DNA from: an uncultured Lentimicrobiaceae bacterium
GTDB lineage: Bacteria > Bacteroidota > Bacteroidia > Bacteroidales > JAGNHN01
Assembly (NCBI GenBank): GCA_964590645.1
Contig: CAZPYJ010000004.1
Span: 19,541 to 83,540, forward strand
Direction: 5' to 3'
Length of the DNA: 64,000 nt
Numbering within the stretch: position 1 is the stretch's first letter; every line of letters begins with the position of its first letter. The notes beneath the pieces are model-generated. The model did not search any database and was not told where the DNA came from. It worked only from the letters and a program-made list of their open reading frames with translations. Shown piece by piece: positions 40,299 through 49,700 of this stretch. The position numbers and the translations under genes were made by a program.

Positions 40299-40705
40299 CG
40301 GGGTGTCGTCGCCAAAATAACCTTATGCCGGGTTTCAAATTTACGATTGATGTCGTTCACCGCATCAATCACATTTACAATATATTGTACCGGAACATCT
40401 TTATGTGAACGCAAGACCACTGATGCCTCGGTTTCTCCAATCAGGGCCACATCCAGTCCGGCTGCCAGTTCTGATTCGTTCACGGCCTGCTCTTCCAGAA
40501 AATACTGCTTATCTTCATTGATATAGACTGTGATGGTCTGTTTGGCCAGGGTCTTGCTGCTGCTGGTCGGAAGCAGTAATTTGATGGCATTGGGTGCAAC
40601 CAGGGTAGAGGTAAGCATAAAGAATATCAGCAGGAGGAAAACCAGGTCGGACATAGAGGCCGTGCTGAATTCCGTACTGCGTTTATTTCTGATCTGAATG
40701 GCCAT
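40295..40705 (-). CDS. exbD: biopolymer transport protein ExbD/TolR
   Basis: SMSDLVFLLLIFFMLTSTL and length 136 aa. Confidence 0.88.
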   Translation of the reverse strand: MAIQIRNKRSTEFSTASMSDLVFLLLIFFMLTSTLVAPNAIKLLLPTSSSKTLAKQTITVYINEDKQYFLEEQAVNESELAAGLDVALIGETEASVVLRSHKDVPVQYIVNVIDAVNDINRKFETRHKVILATTPR

Positions 40706-40719
40706 AGTTAAAGTCTTAT

Positions 40720-41427
40720 TTATTTCGCCGGCTCATACAGCAAGTCCATAAATTCCGTGGCCCTGGCCTCCAGGATGAAAACCAGTTTTTCTATTCTGGC
40801 TACCAAAACATTGTAACAGATATAGGCTATGATGCCCACGATGAGTCCGCCGATAGTGGTGATCATCGCCTGATAAATCCCGGATGACAATAAGGCAATA
40901 TCAATATTGTTACCGGCCATCGACATATCGTAAAATGCCCTCACCATACCAATGACGGTACCCAAAAACCCGATCATCGGTCCGGCCCCTGCAATGGTAG
41001 CCAGTGTGGCGATGTTTTTCTCCAGCTTGGACACTTCCAGCTTCCCCACATTTTCGATGGCTGCATTGATGTCGTTCAACGGTTTTCCAATGCGTTGCAC
41101 CCCCTTTTCAATCATCCGGGCGATGGGGCTGCGTGTGCTTTTACACAATGCCTGGGCTGCATCTATCCTGCCATCGTGGATGAAGTCCCTGATGTTATTC
41201 ATAAAGTTGTAATCTTCCTGGGATGCCCTGTTGATGGCCAGGAAGCGCTCCAGGAAAATATAGACTGCGATGATGGAGAAAACTCCCAGGACAGCCAGGA
41301 TCCATCCCCCTTTCATCGCCAGTTCCCAGAGGGATAAACTGATCTGCCCCGCCGGCTCTGCAGCCAGGCTGTCAACCGCGGCCATACCAGCCTCATTGAT
41401 CTGTAACAAAATGAATGCGAACATCAT
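40720..41427 (-). CDS. exbB: MotA/TolQ/ExbB proton-channel protein
   Basis: Three TM helices and the GPMIGFLGTVIGMV signature. Length 235 aa. Confidence 0.9.
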   Translation of the reverse strand: MMFAFILLQINEAGMAAVDSLAAEPAGQISLSLWELAMKGGWILAVLGVFSIIAVYIFLERFLAINRASQEDYNFMNNIRDFIHDGRIDAAQALCKSTRSPIARMIEKGVQRIGKPLNDINAAIENVGKLEVSKLEKNIATLATIAGAGPMIGFLGTVIGMVRAFYDMSMAGNNIDIALLSSGIYQAMITTIGGLIVGIIAYICYNVLVARIEKLVFILEARATEFMDLLYEPAK

Positions 41428-41443
41428 ATTCTCAGCTTTGCTT

Positions 41444-41451
41444 CAAAATTA
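41444..41451 (-). promoter_or_regulatory. Bacteroidota -7 box for exbB
   Basis: Minus strand TAATTTTG, 16 nt upstream of the exbB ATG and immediately after the terminator T-run. Confidence 0.5.
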
Positions 41452-41456
41452 GCCAC

Positions 41457-41482
41457 AAAAAAAGGACGGACGTTTTCCATCC
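41457..41482 (-). terminator. terminator between anmK and the exbB promoter
   Basis: On the minus strand: GGATGGA-aaacg-TCCGTCC (7 bp, one G:U) followed by T7. Confidence 0.6.
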
Positions 41483-41589
41483 TTTGCACTTGTCAACACA
41501 AAAATGTTAATTGGCCACAAACAAGGTAAACGTCAAATTATTGCATTTTGCACAGCGCTCAATAATCCGAGTTTTTTGTCCGGCATAGT

Positions 41590-42666
41590 TTACGGATGGC
41601 TGAGCAAGCCGCTGCAATGATCCCGGGCAGCTCCTGTAGCGCTGGCCAGCACATTGTGGAGATACAAAAGCCTGCGCAGGCCCAAAAAGGCAAAGATCAG
41701 GGCTTCCTTAAAGTGAAGAATTTCCTTTTCCGCTGTGATGAGGCTTGACTCAGGGCAGAATTCGGATAGCAAAGAAACCAGGTAGTGGTTCAAGGCTCCT
41801 CCTCCGCTCAGCAATACCCTGCCTGCCCCTGAACGCTTGATTTCAGTGCTGATTTGCTGTGCGATGTGATGGGTGAGGGTGTGCAGCAGCCCGGATGCCT
41901 GCTTCTTATATGGTTCTGTAATGGGAAGAAAGTGTGTTTTCATCCATTCTTCACCGAGCGATTTGGGCATTTTCTGCTCATAATAGGGCAGGGCATTCAG
42001 CTGTGCAAGCAGTTCCGGGAACATCGACCCGGATGCTGCGATGCGGCCTTCCGGGTCGTACACTTTCCCAAGCATTTCGGCATACAGGTTCAAAACCTTA
42101 TTGGCCGGACAGATATCATAGGCGATTCTGCTGCCTTTCCACCCATACGATATATTGGCAAATCCCCCGATGTTCAGGCAGGCGTCGTAGTCGGAGAACA
42201 GGAGGGCATCTCCCAGGGGAACCAGGGGCGCCCCCTGCCCGCCTTTCAGTACATCGGCTGTTCTGAAATCACTAACCACCTGGTAGCCTGATGCGATGGC
42301 CAGGGCTTGCCCTTCTCCGGCCTGAAAAGTAAAACCTGCTTCCGGCTGATGAAATACAGTGTGCCCGTGGCTGGCGATTAGCTCGCAGGACCATCCGCTT
42401 GCGGCGATAAATTCTCCAGCCTGCACACCGAGGTAGCGTCCATAATCCAGATGGAGTTTTAAGAGTGACTCCCCGTCCAGAAGCTGGGCTCCCTTCAACC
42501 TTGTCTGCCATTCATCAGAATAGGGGAGGGTTTCCCCGCAAAGGATAGTGTAGTTCCACTGTTCCTCTTCCTGCCAGAAACGGCAAAGAGCAATGTCCAG
42601 ACCATCCAGGGAAGTGCCCGACATTAAACCGCAGACATTGTAATATGTGGGATCAGGGCGACTCAT
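41590..42666 (-). CDS. anmK: anhydro-N-acetylmuramic acid kinase
   Basis: GLMSGTSLDGLDIALC N-terminus. Length 358 aa. Confidence 0.88.
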   Translation of the reverse strand: MSRPDPTYYNVCGLMSGTSLDGLDIALCRFWQEEEQWNYTILCGETLPYSDEWQTRLKGAQLLDGESLLKLHLDYGRYLGVQAGEFIAASGWSCELIASHGHTVFHQPEAGFTFQAGEGQALAIASGYQVVSDFRTADVLKGGQGAPLVPLGDALLFSDYDACLNIGGFANISYGWKGSRIAYDICPANKVLNLYAEMLGKVYDPEGRIAASGSMFPELLAQLNALPYYEQKMPKSLGEEWMKTHFLPITEPYKKQASGLLHTLTHHIAQQISTEIKRSGAGRVLLSGGGALNHYLVSLLSEFCPESSLITAEKEILHFKEALIFAFLGLRRLLYLHNVLASATGAARDHCSGLLSHP

Positions 42667-42669
42667 TGT

Positions 42670-43959
42670 TCAGAGGTATGGGAGCAGCTTTTCCAGGCCG
42701 ATGCCACGCGAACCCTTCAACAATACATCCGCATTGCTGATCGGGTGGTCTTTGAGCCATTGAATGCAGGACTCTGTATCCGCAAAAGCCTGGCTGCCTT
42801 TTCCGGCGCAGCCTTGAAACCACGGCCCGATGAACACCAGATTGGGGAAACCTGCCTCTGCCAGATAATGTACGATGGCCTGATGTTCAGCTTCCGATTC
42901 CTCGCCCAGCTCCAGCATATCTCCCAGGATCGCCCACTTTTCTTTGCCCTCCCATCGACTAAAATTCTCCAGTGCGAGCAGCATACTGGATGGGTTGGCA
43001 TTGTAAGCATCCATCAGCAGGGTATTGCTTTGGGTGTGGATGACCTGGGAGCGATGGTTGGCGGGTTGATAGCTGGAAATGGCCTGAACTATCTTCGCCC
43101 AGGGAACCTTAAATTGCAGTCCTGCTGCTGCTGCTGCCAGCACGTTGGCCAGATTATAGTCCCCGCTCATTTGTGTCGCTGTTTCGGTTCCGGGATCCGG
43201 TGCTTTTTCCCAGCGTAATTTCAATAAGGCTTGCTCTGCGATGACCGAGGCAGAGGGGGTTTGGTCATTGCCGTATAAAATGCGGTGCATTCCTTCGCTC
43301 AGGCGCATAAGGAGGGGGTCAGCGGCATTGACGAATACCCTGCCTCCGTTTTCGCGGAGGAAGGTGTATAATTCTGTTTTGGCCCGGATGACTCCGGCAT
43401 ATCCGCCAAATCCTTCCAGGTGTGCTTTCCCGATATTGGTAATCAGGCCGTAGTCCGGCCTGGCTATTTCGCACAGCCTGGCTATTTCACCGGAATGGTT
43501 TGCACCCATTTCAATGACTGCGATTTCGGAATTCCTGGGGATGCTGAGGATACTGAGGGGAACTCCGATGTGGTTATTCAGGTTTCCGTGAGTTGCAAAA
43601 ACCTGAAAAGTGGTTTTCAGTACCCTGTCGATCAGTTCTTTGGTCGTGGTTTTTCCATTGGAACCTGTGATAGCCAATATGGGGACGCTCAGTTCAGAAC
43701 GGTACCTTATGGCCAATGCTTGCAGGGTCATCAGGCTATCTCCGGTCAGAAAGCAATCAGGGTGTGAAGCGGGGGCCAGCTGCGGGTCGTCGCAAACGAC
43801 GGCTGCAGCACCTGCTTTCAGGGCGTCTTCCGCAAAGCGGTTTCCATTGTATTGTTCCCCCCTGAGGGCAAAGAACAGCTCACCTGCTTTCAATGTCCGG
43901 CTGTCGGTGCAAATAGTGGCACCATTGAGGAAAAGCTCGTAGAGATCGTTTGTTTTCAT
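42670..43959 (-). CDS. murF: UDP-N-acetylmuramoyl-tripeptide--D-alanyl-D-alanine ligase
   Basis: TDSR...FFAL.G...NG..F and ITGSNGKTTTKE. The start is taken at MKTNDLYELF (the track start is 43977). Confidence 0.88.
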   Translation of the reverse strand: MKTNDLYELFLNGATICTDSRTLKAGELFFALRGEQYNGNRFAEDALKAGAAAVVCDDPQLAPASHPDCFLTGDSLMTLQALAIRYRSELSVPILAITGSNGKTTTKELIDRVLKTTFQVFATHGNLNNHIGVPLSILSIPRNSEIAVIEMGANHSGEIARLCEIARPDYGLITNIGKAHLEGFGGYAGVIRAKTELYTFLRENGGRVFVNAADPLLMRLSEGMHRILYGNDQTPSASVIAEQALLKLRWEKAPDPGTETATQMSGDYNLANVLAAAAAGLQFKVPWAKIVQAISSYQPANHRSQVIHTQSNTLLMDAYNANPSSMLLALENFSRWEGKEKWAILGDMLELGEESEAEHQAIVHYLAEAGFPNLVFIGPWFQGCAGKGSQAFADTESCIQWLKDHPISNADVLLKGSRGIGLEKLLPYL

Positions 43960-44019
43960 TCTATAAAAAAGCCCCATTTATCGAGGATAAACGGGGCCGG
44001 TATATTTGTGGATTATCAA

Positions 44020-45501
44020 TTAATACGCTCCGGGGATTGGGCTGCCAACGCGGGTCATTGCACAGCGGAAGCCGATGTAATCGGTGGCCAGGTTCTGGTC
44101 GATAAAGCGACGGGCACCGGGGCTGAGCCAGTAGGCCCGGTCGCGCCACGAACCGCCTTTGAATACCCGGGCTTCATCATTGATCATCGAAGCCACCCCG
44201 TATTCGTACATCAGGTTAGTGGTGTTGGATACCGAGGGTTCCTGCAGCCAGTCGGTGGAAACGGTGGAGGCATAGTCCCCGTCCAGGAAGTTACGGTTGT
44301 CTGCTTTGCGGTAGTTTCTTCTTCCTGCGGCTTCTTCAACGGTCACATCGCGATAGATCAGGCGGCCAAGGCTGTCTTTTTCCATCAGGTAGCCTTCTTC
44401 ATCTTTGACTTTTGTTTTAAAAACATTGCCACGGAAAGGCCGGAAGTCGTCTACGTCTTCAGCAGAGAGAGGACGATATACATCCATCACCCATTCAGCG
44501 ACATTGCCAGCCATATTATAGAGACCATAATCATTGGGCCAGTAGGCCCATACCGGGGCGGTAATGTCTGCTGCATCGTTCAGGGCTCCCGCTACCCCCA
44601 TATTGTCTCCACGACCCCGTTTAAAGTTGGCCATAAAGGTGCCGTAGGCATCATCGCCGGCAAAACGGGTATAATTTCCATTCCAGGGATAGATTCTCCT
44701 TTCGATTATGCGCTCATACAGGGCATTGCCGATCAGGCCCAGGGCTGCAAATTCCCATTCAGCTTCTGTCGGCAGACGGTATTTGGGCAGCATTATCCCA
44801 TCTTCAATGCGGGCTTTGCGTTCACCAGGTCCATTGGGATTAAGGTCTTCCAGGGGCATCAGCACCAGGCCTTCATATTGGCCGGCCAGATAGGCTTCGG
44901 TATTAAAGTTGTTTTCATTCAGCTGATCGGGATCCCAGTCGAGGATGCCGGCTTCAATCAGCAGCATTTCATTGACGCGGTCGGTACGCCAGGTGCAGTA
45001 ATCATTGGCCTGTGGCCAATTAACTCCAACTACCGGATAGTCGCGATAGGCCGGATGGCGGAAGTACAGTTCTACAAAAGGTTCATTGTAAGCCAGGCGG
45101 TCGCGCCATACGAGGGTGTCGGGCAGGGCATCGGCAATGACTTCAGGATAGTCCATTCCAAAGACCCGGTTCAGCCAGTAGATGTACTCCAGGTAGTCGA
45201 GGTTGCGCACCTCCGTTTCATCCATATAGAAGGAGGATACGGTCACCCTTCGGGGGATGTTGTTCCAGTCGTACATAAAGTCATCCTGGGTATTTCCCAT
45301 CACAAAGGTACCGCCTTCGATCAGCACCAGGCCGGGGCCGGTGATTTGTTCTGCATAGGGTACCACTTCAAAGCCGCCATTATAAGGGGCATTGTACTCC
45401 CATCCGGTGGTACTGGAAGCAGGGCCTCCTCCGCAGGAGGACAACAGCATCGCACTGATTCCGATGGCTGCCAAAGCGATTAAAAAATTCAGACGCATCA
45501 T
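44020..45501 (-). CDS. gldJ: gliding-motility/T9SS lipoprotein GldJ (SUMF1/FGE-fold)
   Basis: Lipobox LLSSC. TTGWEYNAPYNGGFEV...GPGLVLIEGGTFVMG and an FGE-fold C-terminus (GGSWRD). It neighbours murF and porU/porV, as I recall for Flavobacterium gldJ. The absence of downstream gldLMN genes argues against the paralog gldK. Confidence 0.78.
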   Translation of the reverse strand: MMRLNFLIALAAIGISAMLLSSCGGGPASSTTGWEYNAPYNGGFEVVPYAEQITGPGLVLIEGGTFVMGNTQDDFMYDWNNIPRRVTVSSFYMDETEVRNLDYLEYIYWLNRVFGMDYPEVIADALPDTLVWRDRLAYNEPFVELYFRHPAYRDYPVVGVNWPQANDYCTWRTDRVNEMLLIEAGILDWDPDQLNENNFNTEAYLAGQYEGLVLMPLEDLNPNGPGERKARIEDGIMLPKYRLPTEAEWEFAALGLIGNALYERIIERRIYPWNGNYTRFAGDDAYGTFMANFKRGRGDNMGVAGALNDAADITAPVWAYWPNDYGLYNMAGNVAEWVMDVYRPLSAEDVDDFRPFRGNVFKTKVKDEEGYLMEKDSLGRLIYRDVTVEEAAGRRNYRKADNRNFLDGDYASTVSTDWLQEPSVSNTTNLMYEYGVASMINDEARVFKGGSWRDRAYWLSPGARRFIDQNLATDYIGFRCAMTRVGSPIPGAY

Positions 45502-45529
45502 ATCTTAATTTTCAAAATAGCGTGATTAA

Positions 45530-46528
45530 CTAGAAGGTCGGGCAGTTTATTGCCTTGATCTTTTTCTTCTTAGGTGCGCAGGGGAAGAACCAGGCGAAGG
45601 AAACTTCGTGCGCTCCACCGGTGATATTGGTCAGCCTGGAGACCGTAAGGTCGTAGCTGTAGCCAAATTTGTAGGTACTTTGTTCGAAGCCTACCAGCAT
45701 AATGAGGGCGTCCGGATTCTCAAAATTCTGACGGAACCACACGCCGCCCACAAAGGGGTAGCGGTTGAAGTACATTCCGTAGTTGAGTTGATGGAACTCC
45801 TGCTGTTTTTGATACAGGATGTTGGGCGACAGGGTGGGATCTTCCAGCTTTCTGCCGCTGGAGCGCCTGGGAGCCAGATTGATGATGGTTCCGGCGTGGG
45901 CGGTCAGCTTCATATACAGTTTGCTGCTCACATCGGTATAGAAGCCATCATTCGGCTGGGTGAGGTGATGTGCTGCAAAGCCTACAAAGAAGTTTTCATT
46001 GTCTCCGAACAAGAGTCCGGCACTGAAATCCGCAAAAGCACGGCTCAGGTTAGGGGGGCGTACTTCCAGAGAAGTCAGGGTAAATCCATATTTTGGATCA
46101 ATCTGGTCAGGAAATACCAATTTGTCCCAATCCAGCCGCCTTTGCATAAAGGTAGCCTGGAAACCTGCATTCAGGAATAGTTTGCGGCTGAGGGTCAGGC
46201 GATACGAATACATCCCGCTGGCCATCGTGGTGGTAAAAGCTCCATCACCGGCCCGGTCATTGGTGAGCAGCAGACCAACTCCCCCGCTGATGTTGTCTAC
46301 ATACTGATCGTAGCTGGCATTATACGTGACGTAGGTTCCTGAAATGGCAGGCCACTGGTTGCGGTAGTTGGCGATCAGCCTCGGACACACATTGGATCCT
46401 GCCATAGCAGGATTAAGGTAGAGGGGGTTGGCATAGAACTGGGAAAATATAGGGTCCTGTGCTTTTAGCCCTCTGAAAGAGAAGACCATCAATAGAATGG
46501 CAGCCGTGGTGATCACCTTTCTCATCAT
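45530..46528 (-). CDS. PorP/SprF family T9SS outer-membrane protein
   Basis: Internal start MMRKVITTAAILLMVFSFRGLKAQ, then QDPIFSQFYANPLYLNPAMAG, the family's hallmark N-terminus. Beta-barrel-like remainder. Lies 28 nt upstream of gldJ. Confidence 0.85.
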   Translation of the reverse strand: MMRKVITTAAILLMVFSFRGLKAQDPIFSQFYANPLYLNPAMAGSNVCPRLIANYRNQWPAISGTYVTYNASYDQYVDNISGGVGLLLTNDRAGDGAFTTTMASGMYSYRLTLSRKLFLNAGFQATFMQRRLDWDKLVFPDQIDPKYGFTLTSLEVRPPNLSRAFADFSAGLLFGDNENFFVGFAAHHLTQPNDGFYTDVSSKLYMKLTAHAGTIINLAPRRSSGRKLEDPTLSPNILYQKQQEFHQLNYGMYFNRYPFVGGVWFRQNFENPDALIMLVGFEQSTYKFGYSYDLTVSRLTNITGGAHEVSFAWFFPCAPKKKKIKAINCPTF

Positions 46529-46605
46529 ACTGGCGTTCGCTGATGCTGTGTTTGGTTTAAGGTTCACAATATTACAAATAATATTTCTATTGGAAACTTT
46601 TTTTC

Positions 46606-46642
46606 AATCCCGGAATTAATCGAAGCTGCAATAATCCCGGAA
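46606..46642. repeat. 10-bp direct repeat AATCCCGGAA x2 in the porP-like/porU divergent intergenic region
   Basis: Copies at 46606..46615 and 46633..46642, 27 nt start-to-start. Confidence 0.6.
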
Positions 46643-46718
46643 CCCCCTCGTTTGGGCTGCCTGTTTTAAAAAAATGCCGCAAAATAATCTCATTATACCA
46701 GGGAATCACTCAAGGGGT

Positions 46719-46726
46719 TACATTTG
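46719..46726 (+). promoter_or_regulatory. Bacteroidota -7 box for porU
   Basis: TACATTTG, 61 nt upstream of the ATG at 46788. Confidence 0.45.
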
Positions 46727-46787
46727 TGCGACAAGGAAATCACCTTATTGCTGAATTCCTGAATCAATCGAGAAAAACCAAAACCGG

Positions 46788-49700
46788 ATGAATTTGTTAC
46801 CTTATGCATCAGTGAAGAAAATGCTCAGTAAGAATATGTTGGTATTCCTGTTGCTGATGCACACTTTCCTTGCGATTCAAGCACAAGCCGTGCCTGGAGC
46901 ACAGGAAAAATGGCATACTGCACAAATCCTTTGGGCGAGCCCGGCAACCGCATCTCCTGCCGATGCTTTTGCCGCCGATATGCACTTTTCCGAAACAGCT
47001 GTACCCTATGCCTTTGCCTTGGTGGAATGGAAGGAGAATTATGCCCTTCTCTCTGCAGAAATCTCGGATGCGGTTTATGAAAATGTCAGTCATCCGGATG
47101 CAGCAGCCTGGTATCAACAACTGGAAACAACAGAAAAAGAACTGAAGACGGAAATCATTCAGGCCCGTAATAAAAAATATTTGAAAATCAGTCTCTTACC
47201 TTACAAGCTCAACTCCTCTTCCGCCGGATTGCAGCGCATTACGGCCTATAGTTTACTTATCCGATATACAGAAACTGCCCCGGAAGAATGGCAGCGGCTG
47301 CTGAAGCAGTCCGACAGCAGTTTTGCAAACAGTTCGGTGCTGGCTTCAGGAAACTGGTATAAAGTTGCGGTAGCCAGCGATGGAATATTCCGCCTAACAT
47401 ACAGCGATCTCAGCTCGATGGGCATCAATGTGAACAGCATTGATCCACGACAGCTACGCCTTTTTGGCAATGGCGGAGGAATGCTTCCGGAAGCGAACAG
47501 CGCATTTCGCTACGACGACTTATACGAGAATGCCATCTGGGTTGCCGGGGAGGAAGATGGGTCCTTCGATCCTTCCGACTATGTTCTTTTTTATGGTCAG
47601 GGGCCCCATCGCTGGAATTATGATCAGACAGCAGAGGCCTTCCACCACAGCCTGCACCTCTACACTGACAAAACAGTGTACTTTCTGACCATTGGTCCTG
47701 TCCAGGGCAAGCGTATCGGGCAGGTGAACCAGAGCCCGCAAGCCCCCACCCACCAGGTAAGCAGCTTTGATGATTATGCTTTTTATGAACAGGAATCCTA
47801 TAATCTGATTAAGTCGGGAAAAGACTGGTATGGAGAAAAGTTTGATGTCATCACCCGCTATGATCTGCCCGATTTCAGCTTTCCCAATCACGATATGAAT
47901 CAGGCGGTGTACCTGCGGGCCGCTGTTGCTGCCAAAAGTACTTCCATCAGCAGTTTCGGAATCTTCCTGGATGGCGTTCAGGTCGTCAACCCGATGGTGG
48001 CGTCGGTGCCGGCCCAGGCGTACAATACAGATTACGCCAAGAAGGCCGAAGCCTCCCGCAAAATGCTGATGACTTCTTCCGATTTTGATCTGGAAGTGGA
48101 GTATTATGCGACAGTCTCCAATTCCGTAGGTTGGCTCGACTTTGTGGAAGTCAATGTCCGGCGACACCTCAGGTTCGGAAGCGGGCAGTTGAACTTCCGC
48201 GATGCTGGCAGTGTTGGTTTAGGGAATATCAGCCGGTTTACCCTTACTTCTGCCCCTTCTTCCCTCAAAGTATGGGAGGTCAGCAATCCATTGGAACCTG
48301 CCCTGATCAATGCTTCTGTATCTGGCAGCGAGCTAAGCTTCGTCGTGGCCACCGACCTGCTGCGTGAGTTTGTCGCCTTTGACGGATCTGCCTTCAAGCA
48401 AGCCGAGTTGATAGGAAAGATTCCGAATCAGAACCTGCACGGGCTTCCGGTGTTTGATATGATCATTGTCAGTCATCCAGATTTCTTCGATCAGGCAAAC
48501 CGCCTGGCTCAATTGCATAATGTGCAGGATAACTACAGCGTGATCGTGGTCACACCGGCTGAAATATACAATGAGTTTTCCTCAGGGGTACAGGATATAT
48601 CCGCAATCCGCGATTTTATCAGGATGATATACCAACGCAGCAACAGTCAGACTGATCTCAAATATGTGCTCCTTTTTGGCGATGCGTCCTATGATCCCAA
48701 GAACCGCCTTCCGGATAATCAGAATTTCATCCCGACTTTCCAGACGCGTAACAGTCTCCAGCCTACTGCTTCCTATGCTACCGATGACTTCTTTGTGCTG
48801 ATGGATGATGGGGAAGGCCAGGGTGCCAGTGGAACCCCCGATCTGGGTATCGGCCGCTTTCCGGTTTCCAGCCCTGCTCAGGCCAAAACGGCCGTGGATA
48901 AGATTGTGAACTACACCAGCAATGGGCTTGTGGTGCCTTCCTCTTATGGCGTCAACCTTATCCCTGCTCTGGCCGATTGGCGTAATGTGCTTACCTATGT
49001 CGCCGATGACCAGGACGGGAATCTGCATCAGAACCAGGCCGAGGAGCTGGCCGATTATGTGCAGAACCGATTCAGAGAATACAATATTGATAAGATATAT
49101 CTGGATGCCTATCCCCAGGTGAGTACCCCGGGCGGACAGCGTTATCCGGAAGTGAATAAGGCCATCAACGACCGCATCAATAAGGGGACGCTCATCTTTA
49201 ATTATACCGGCCACGGAGGAGAAACCGGACTGGCCCAGGAAAGGGTACTGGAGATTCAGGATATCCTTTCCTGGAAGAATCCATTTAATCTTCCTGTCTT
49301 TGTTACTGCAACCTGCGAGTTCAGCCGTTACGACGATCCTCAGCGCACTTCGGCTGGCGAGCTCACCTTTCTCAAATCTGATGGCGGGGCCATCTCACTC
49401 TTTACCACTTCCCGGCTCTCTTTTTCTTCCAGCAACTTTGCCCTGAATTTGCGATTCTATGAAAAAGTGTTCAATAAAATTGACGGGGTGTTTCCCCGGA
49501 TGGGAGATGTAATTCGTTTGGCGAAAACACCCTCCAATCCAAATATCCGCAACTTCGTCCTGCTGGGCGATCCGGCTTTGCGGCTGGCCTATCCTGAACA
49601 TCAGGTCTATACTACCGAAATCAACGGAAAGCCCATCGATGGCACCCCCGATACCCTGAAAGCTTTGTCAAAAATCACCATTAAGGGAAAAGTTGTGGAT

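Noticed and set aside
43852-45483. 543-aa plus-strand ORF opposite gldJ. The same applies to 53156..54385, 54370..55881, 39516..40526, 35017..35964 and 59704..60465.
   Set aside because: These have the same codon-aligned shadow-ORF explanation or are simply out-of-frame antisense. None has a plausible start context, signal or motif, and each is fully covered by a well-supported gene.
44020-45501. Considered calling this SUMF1/FGE-fold protein a sulfatase-maturating formylglycine-generating enzyme, or GldK
   Set aside because: The lipoprotein signal, the GldJ-type N-terminal region, the murF/porU/porV neighbourhood and the absence of downstream gldLMN or sulfatase genes all favour GldJ.
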